The position numbers were made by a program, and so were the translations under genes. Below the pieces are notes generated by a model. That model saw only the letters and a program-made list of their open reading frames with translations. It made no database searches and was not told where the DNA came from. From assembly GCA_965248925.1 (NCBI GenBank), contig CBDFLE010000005.1, forward strand, positions 1,632,001-1,696,000: a DNA stretch of 64,000 nt, read 5' to 3'. This document shows positions 59,501 to 64,000 of the stretch, in pieces. This stretch comes from Candidatus Multivoradales bacterium. GTDB lineage: Bacteria; Acidobacteriota; Thermoanaerobaculia; Multivoradales; J023. Numbering within the stretch: position 1 is the stretch's first letter; the number at the start of each line of letters is the position of its first letter.

Positions 59501-60293
59501 CAGCGGTGAAGTGCAATCGAGGGAGATTCTTCGCTCACCTGGCAGCGGCTCGGTCGCCAGTAGCATCCTCGGCGGCAGCCTGCAAACTACCGCTCTCGTG
59601 CTCAACCCAAACCCGGCAAAGACCAGTCCTGGAACACCGCAGCTGAACTTCGGCGAAGCACGCTTGCTGTGCGCCCTGTTGCGCTACTTGCTGCCCATGG
59701 TCTATCGCGACACTCGGGATCATTTCGAAGTCGCTCTAGTGATCGCCGGCCTGACGGTGGAGACCGAGCAAGAGCCACCACGCTGGGACGCTCCCCTTCA
59801 AGCCCAAGACCGGATCTTCATCCTTGACTTGCAGCAAGGTGGCAACGGCATTGCACGGGCGATATTCCGCGATGGCTTGGAGCTTCTGTTTCGCTTCTGC
59901 CGCCACTTCCTGGAAACCGTCGAGGGCTTCAGCCGTTTGCAGCGACTCTATGACCATTGGGGGCATGCCGACGAGATATTGCAAGACGGACGGCGCGGTC
60001 AGAACCCGGAAACAGAGACGGTTGCTGCTGAACACCATCGGGGAGCCAACCAGGTGCTTACCGAGACTGAGCAAGAAGCCAGTGATCAGGAGACAGACGA
60101 TCAGGACCGAACCGACCGCACGGAGCCGCCGGGACACGCCCCTCGATGTTCACCCTTGGTGGCACGTCGAGACGGCCTACTTGACTGGCTCGCCAGCCGC
60201 CTGCACCCCGAGCCACAGCCCAGATCTAGGCCCAGGCCGGAACCTACAGCACCGGAGTCCGAGTCGGCTGACAATTCAGAGGAGGTAAGATGA
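56496..60293 (+). CDS. Polytopic membrane protein fused to an Hrq1/YprA/MrfA-like SF2 helicase with a DUF1998-like tail; motifs degenerate
   Basis: About 6-8 hydrophobic segments in the first ~300 aa; LNTLQ (Q motif), APEGSGKTT, VVVDDVESYAGAVEIHAQLAFRRL, YYPGRI and IFILDLQQGGNGIA. Confidence 0.72.
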   Translation: MNWSEAAVFGYFSLALYRLASLPGHYLFILVVVLLAIPYTTAHLLQGWLVKRLRARPLRLAPLGRVEAALSIIAPLALAYFLLEWIVRTIRTWLLHRRQGKTAATADSPGLGHRGFYMPSIRVPTLGPTFLLAGVIISVFYWSGRLVDPLLARASGLSAGHSFWQLLFLGRRPEFAWLSPLEEQPRVTLVLSLVFWLVVWWSAGNLLRGIRYRSLLQRNHGDIPQPRVEAQEPRWATWFGVVDLIQPGRSYRRWASWMLSTIIVLLLLAYSTLDRNIGGVSPSALALATVVTLSWVLHLRLHGFATQHETEVDGQRDSTTKRPAGWPEVAAELGRLYGCAAPIPLFERAVAPLPLSAPAGQASTVSPLVVELLAGADQESTPRLNTLQKRVLECISLLGFVQLPAPVEGDELILTGFGAQQIEDRSGLVERHQIVLAPEGSGKTTLAILAAANHALTHARATLIVTRSENQAELLTAHIRATVEPSTMRWNLRLRQLGRDFASDLSRDIIPDLVVVSLEQLVTGLLDNHEVYIPFLRHVGLVVVDDVESYAGAVEIHAQLAFRRLQLLFRQLSDVEYLGDENAPLMLVLGVDSMKQTASWAQSLCGIQASIHTFSDQHSTASVSEGDSPPCQQQLGYRFSDLRTDSGRPLTAAEVVGVCEALRVPWLYRPAGDGRRHAGRGPLLLNQEPSHACATPGDACVVLLEGRWSEVRRELRRLRWAGADSGRKEVCFLTVVGCEEQQACETLDPAFGLAPGDEREELTDLSEQLITLPLPIVRPPSTLAVQSHLLSDLLQQWIEVKDLVDTFGGTVVQSLRRLNRQGMLFIEERCDVKPERKEYEAKVYLRATAASLQDETAGEAGKGIIELAQYDKVRQVELVSPQAVRVRNRSDHTQLGWVEARSASAVYYPGRILEDARGRFVVVSRRDEGELIADVEVEPVLHADISSPRRRFEVDVDTAIELPSYPLFKLEPVLLGQDPVEVGLQPVTARLRMIGFYRLDRYSGEVQSREILRSPGSGSVASSILGGSLQTTALVLNPNPAKTSPGTPQLNFGEARLLCALLRYLLPMVYRDTRDHFEVALVIAGLTVETEQEPPRWDAPLQAQDRIFILDLQQGGNGIARAIFRDGLELLFRFCRHFLETVEGFSRLQRLYDHWGHADEILQDGRRGQNPETETVAAEHHRGANQVLTETEQEASDQETDDQDRTDRTEPPGHAPRCSPLVARRDGLLDWLASRLHPEPQPRSRPRPEPTAPESESADNSEEVR

Positions 60294-61465
60294 GGAGACC
60301 TCGGGGTAGCCGGCTGCGGCCAGCAGCCTGTAGCGCAGTCCTGATGATCTTGACCAGCGGCTGTGGGTATTTCGAGCAACTGTTGGGCGAACTACCCTTG
60401 GAGGTCGATCCGCGCCGCATCTTTCTGGTCGCGAGGTCGCAATCCTTGGCCAACGGCCAAGCTGAGCCGATATTCGGTGCTGCCAGCGAGCTCTGGGGAT
60501 TCGACCCTTGTGCAGGCTCGGCGGACAAGTTTAGGGGCCGATTGCGGCTCGCTAGCCTGTTCACCGCTGAGCTACCGTCAGACCAAGGCTGGGTACCGGC
60601 CGAGTCGCCCCAAGCAACAATCCTGGTCCACTACCGCGACGGATCGCCAGTGCCGACCGCCTACGTCTATGCAGAAAAGATCGGTGCTGGCGGTGCAGCA
60701 ACCAACTCACACCCCTTCCTGGAGCGGCTGGACCAACGCCTCACTCTGCCAAACCTACCCGGTCTCAGAGAGCTGCATTTAGACACTGGAAGGTCAGCAA
60801 TCTCCACCGCGGTGCAGCCGATTCAACGGAGCGCAGAGAAGCCCGTCGAAGCCAGGCTGACGACTTCGACCAGGGACTCCTCAGCCAGCGGGCTGGCGCA
60901 ATCGAACGCACTGACTGTGCCATCGGACAGCAAGCAGGGGAGATTACCGCAGCCACCAACGGCCAACAACACGATCTCTACGCGGCCCAAGGATGGCAAC
61001 CAGCGACAGACCGACCAGGCCGACACCCTGGCAGTCGGCTACAGATCACGAAGAGGATCCTTCTCCGGCTGGAAGTGGATCGGGACCTGTGCGCCGTCCG
61101 GGCCCCTAGCGGACGCTTGGCTCGAGCCATCGACTCTGACGACGACAACGGCTGCCACCGACAGACCATTTCTGCGTTTGGCCAGGAGTGAAGGCCAATG
61201 GCGTTTGAGTCCTGGCGACGAGGCTCTACCCGCTCTGCAGGTCCTGGCGACCGTGACCATGCAAGGTCGACCCAACTACGGCATCAGGCTAGCGATGGTC
61301 TGTAGGATGGGCCCTGACTGTCAGGACGCGCCGACATTGGCCCGCCTGATCGGTTCGCTGCGAGCAACACCGAACTCCAGCAGCTTTGGTGACCGTGGTT
61401 GGCCACAGCGAGATCTGCAGGAACTAGCCACAGACGTGGGAATCGAGCTAGCGCCGATGCACTAG
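60290..61465 (+). CDS. Putative lipoprotein, last gene of the operon
   Basis: Basic N-terminus, hydrophobic stretch and LTSGC lipobox-like motif; ATGA overlap; preceded by GAGGAGG. Confidence 0.65.
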   Translation: MRRPRGSRLRPAACSAVLMILTSGCGYFEQLLGELPLEVDPRRIFLVARSQSLANGQAEPIFGAASELWGFDPCAGSADKFRGRLRLASLFTAELPSDQGWVPAESPQATILVHYRDGSPVPTAYVYAEKIGAGGAATNSHPFLERLDQRLTLPNLPGLRELHLDTGRSAISTAVQPIQRSAEKPVEARLTTSTRDSSASGLAQSNALTVPSDSKQGRLPQPPTANNTISTRPKDGNQRQTDQADTLAVGYRSRRGSFSGWKWIGTCAPSGPLADAWLEPSTLTTTTAATDRPFLRLARSEGQWRLSPGDEALPALQVLATVTMQGRPNYGIRLAMVCRMGPDCQDAPTLARLIGSLRATPNSSSFGDRGWPQRDLQELATDVGIELAPMH

Positions 61466-61511
61466 CCAAGCAACTCTCCAGATGCGGAGTCCATAGCGAC
61501 AAGCATGAAGG

Positions 61512-62066
61512 CTAGCCCAAGATGTCGCTACTCGAGATGCCGACACACAAGCCGACGATTCCCACTGCCAGACTGATCCATGACACCCATCTCTGGCGCC
61601 GCTGGGTCTCTGTCCGTTCTAGAACCATTGCCTTGAGCTGACGGCACAGCGGCTGCAGCAAGGCAGCGCTGTCAGGCATCTTCTCCTGTATTTGCAGTAG
61701 GTGAAAGCGAATTTCGTCCGGCAGGCCCTGGAAAGGTTCTTCGGTCTCTAACTCCCTAAGTGAGCACTTCAACTTGTGGACATAGCCCTCCGTGACCTCG
61801 TCGCTATCAATCCACGCATCGCTGAGGAGATCCTCGAGAGAAGTCTTGATACTGGTCAGAGAAACACGACGGGAACGACCGATTATCTGGATGTCTTCCA
61901 AGCTCAGGTCTTTCGTCTCCAGGGCTTTCTTTAGAGCCTCGCGAAAAAGACCGATTTCGTGTGGTCGATCTTTGCGTTCCTTGACCTCGGCCAAGAATGT
62001 GCCGAAGCCGACTGCTAGACCGAGTGCCAAGCCCAGTAAGATGGCAATAAAATATATTGTCTCCAT
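61512..62066 (-). CDS. Hypothetical membrane protein (N- and C-terminal TM helices around a helical core)
   Basis: Hydrophobic IYFIAILLGLALGLAVGFGTFL and WISLAVGIVGLCVGI in a 184-aa ORF with an ATG start. Confidence 0.65.
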   Translation of the reverse strand: METIYFIAILLGLALGLAVGFGTFLAEVKERKDRPHEIGLFREALKKALETKDLSLEDIQIIGRSRRVSLTSIKTSLEDLLSDAWIDSDEVTEGYVHKLKCSLRELETEEPFQGLPDEIRFHLLQIQEKMPDSAALLQPLCRQLKAMVLERTETQRRQRWVSWISLAVGIVGLCVGISSSDILG

Positions 62067-62089
62067 GGTCTAGATCCCACTGCTGTGAG

Positions 62090-62836
62090 CTAGGAGGCGA
62101 ACTGGTCTCGGCCGCCTTGCATCAAAAAATTCAGAGAATAGTCAGCCGGATCGAACAACAGCTCTTTGTGCGGACGTAGCTGCCGACGAATGCCAGCAGT
62201 CAACGTCTCAGTGTCGAGGTCTCCCTTCTCGATCACATAAAGGATAACAACCCGACGCTGCCGACTAGTGTCACCAGCTGAGTACGGACCATCTTCGCAT
62301 TGGTGACCTTTGAACTGTCCCAGATTGACCACGTAGTAGTTCCGCTGTCGATCGTCTGGCCTCCCTTGCTGAGCCCACAGCTTGAGCATCTCCGCCCTAT
62401 TGCCGGCAAGTTCCTCGTTGCGGATCTTGGACCCCTCACACGAGGCCATACCGATCGAGACCACGTCCTTGGCCTTTGCCAACAGATGGCCGAGATGGGT
62501 CTTCAGATACTTGGATACGCTATGCGGCTGGCCGCCGGGATCGACGACCGCGTCGGCGCTATCCATCTCCCAGCGTAGCTCTTGAGTCAGGATCAAGACC
62601 TGGAAAACCAGCTCACCCTCCGCCAACTGGTAGACCCTATGATGCTTCCCGCTTTCCACCACCGTGAACGACTCCGACACAGATTGAAGTGGAACTGGAA
62701 TCGCCGATGACAAGTCGCTCCCAGCACCAGGCTGAATCGCACTCGCCACCAACGGTTGACCGACGATGGTAACTACTGCACCAGCGATTCCACTAATCAC
62801 AGCATTGACAATATTTGTAGTAGAGAAAGGTCGCAT
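62090..62836 (-). CDS. Membrane-anchored protein with an OmpA/MotB-like C-terminal domain
   Basis: N-terminal hydrophobic anchor; SIGMASCEG...NEELAGNRA and QRRVVI resemble the OmpA-C motifs G.(T/A)(D/S)..G....N..L(S/A)..RA and NRRV. GGAGG precedes the ATG. Confidence 0.6.
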   Translation of the reverse strand: MRPFSTTNIVNAVISGIAGAVVTIVGQPLVASAIQPGAGSDLSSAIPVPLQSVSESFTVVESGKHHRVYQLAEGELVFQVLILTQELRWEMDSADAVVDPGGQPHSVSKYLKTHLGHLLAKAKDVVSIGMASCEGSKIRNEELAGNRAEMLKLWAQQGRPDDRQRNYYVVNLGQFKGHQCEDGPYSAGDTSRQRRVVILYVIEKGDLDTETLTAGIRRQLRPHKELLFDPADYSLNFLMQGGRDQFAS

Positions 62837-63317
62837 GGCAGCAATGTGGTACCTCCGGCAAGAAATCTATGCTGCCCGGTAGCAGCACCGACCCCAAAAC
62901 CAGTCCTGGAAAAGAGAAAGTCGCTCCTCTAGGAAGAGCGAAATCCGCAGCTAAGAGGGATCAGAACGAACGGATGGAGTTCAGACAGAAGGGGAAACTG
63001 CATTCGCTGGCCAGGCGCCAACAGAAGGCCTTTCTAGCACCAAAAAAGTCGAACTCGTCGTTCGTTGCACTCGATCGACCCGAGTACAGACAAGACAACG
63101 CAGCGGTCTTCAACTACCTGGACGGACTCTGAAATCTTCGCCACTTGGCCATCGGCTACTTAGCCCGACGCAGTTCGGGGTTGCAACCTGGATCCCTTGG
63201 GGCAAAGAGCTATGAAGGCTGCTGCGCCCGCGGCACCGGGGCAGACTCAATCCTCGAAGGGTGTAGGTCGGCTGGTCGCGGGCTCAGCACCGCGGTGCAG
63301 CGCTTGCTCAAGAAGCG

Positions 63318-63520
63318 CTATTCGCCGAGCTGCTTCTGCACCCGCCCGAGGTTGAACTTAGCCTTCGGATCGTCTGGCTTGAAGGCAACCGCAGCGGCGA
63401 AGGACTCGGCGGCAGCGCGATAGTCATGACAAAGAGAGGCCTGGATACCGGCGGTCAGCAAGACGTCGAATTGGTCGTCAATCGAGACTTCCGCGGTCTT
63501 GGCGGCCGCCGAAGGCGGCA
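63318..63520 (-). pseudogene. Possible C-terminal TPR fragment
   Basis: FDVLLTAGIQASLCHDYRAAAESFAAAVAFKPDDPKAKFNLGRVQK* looks like one TPR. The upstream part of the ORF does not look protein-like. Confidence 0.4.
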
Positions 63521-64000
63521 CCGAGGGCCGATCAGGTCTGCCGTTGGCGCGGCGCCTCCCTGAATCACTTCCGGGGTCCAGCCTACTGTCAGCTCTTGGG
63601 TCCCCCCACCCGCAGCGCCGGAAAAACTTCGTGGCGAGCCGGCTCAGAACGGCGGCTGCTCGGACCCAGGACCTGGAGACCCGAGAGGCCGATCTGGCGT
63701 TCCCCCGGAATGGTGTTAAGCGCCCGCACTGAGATCTCACTGATCGGTTGATAGAGAATCGCTTCCAAGGAGCCTGTGAGCGTTGTCTTGCCGACCCGCC
63801 CTGTTGACTGGCCACTATTAAGGCAATTCCCACGTCTAAGTTTCTCCCTTCGGTCCCACGCCTGACCAAAGACGCATCGAGGCCCGATTCGACTTGAGCG
63901 ACCCGACGCATTCAATTACGCCCGTCGCCTGCCGAGCGGCTCATGGGGCAGCCTCCCAATCGCCGCTCCTGAAGTGAATTCGAGGTCGCTAAGGCCAGCG

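Noticed and set aside
62869-64000. ORFs 62869-63132, 63145-63423, 63589-63915 and the full 63318-63911 ORF
   Set aside because: No recognisable domains apart from a single TPR-like end; they overlap each other and appear to be degenerate sequence.

Overview
High-GC bacterial accessory region, probably from a large-genome lineage such as Acidobacteriota/Thermoanaerobaculia (inferred from gene content only). Left edge: the 5' part of sbcD (minus strand, absent from the ORF track) diverging from a Cu(I)/Ag(I) P1B-ATPase that has a MerR-type promoter. 3.5-18.8 kb: a cluster of four caspase-fold (clan CD) proteases (NACHT-HEAT-CHAT, PPC-TPR-CHAT, gingipain/C25-like, CHAT-STAND NTPase) with a TPR partner and a membrane-tethered sigma-like protein. 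18.8-30.7 kb: an IS21, then a complete ~8.1 kb Tn3-family transposon nested in the remains of an older Tn3 element. Its cargo is a TIR/SEFIR-TM receptor-like gene and a TPR gene split by an IS1182-like element with a 4-bp ATAG duplication. 30.8-38.9 kb: a Sec-type RHS toxin with a probable immunity gene, and an IS3. 39-43.4 kb: an ECF43-like sigma/Ser-Thr kinase-TPR pair diverging from a secreted PPC protein with three identical Lys-flanked acidic peptides. 44.6-61.5 kb: the best candidate for an undescribed system, an intact and tightly packed six-gene operon encoding an RCK ion channel, a membrane vWA protein, an active-looking tubulin/FtsZ-like GTPase, a degenerate membrane-anchored tubulin-like paralogue, a polytopic-membrane Hrq1/YprA-type (DUF1998-like) pseudo-helicase and a lipoprotein. 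No rRNA, tRNA or CRISPR array was seen. All domain calls come from reading motifs by eye; no searches were run.
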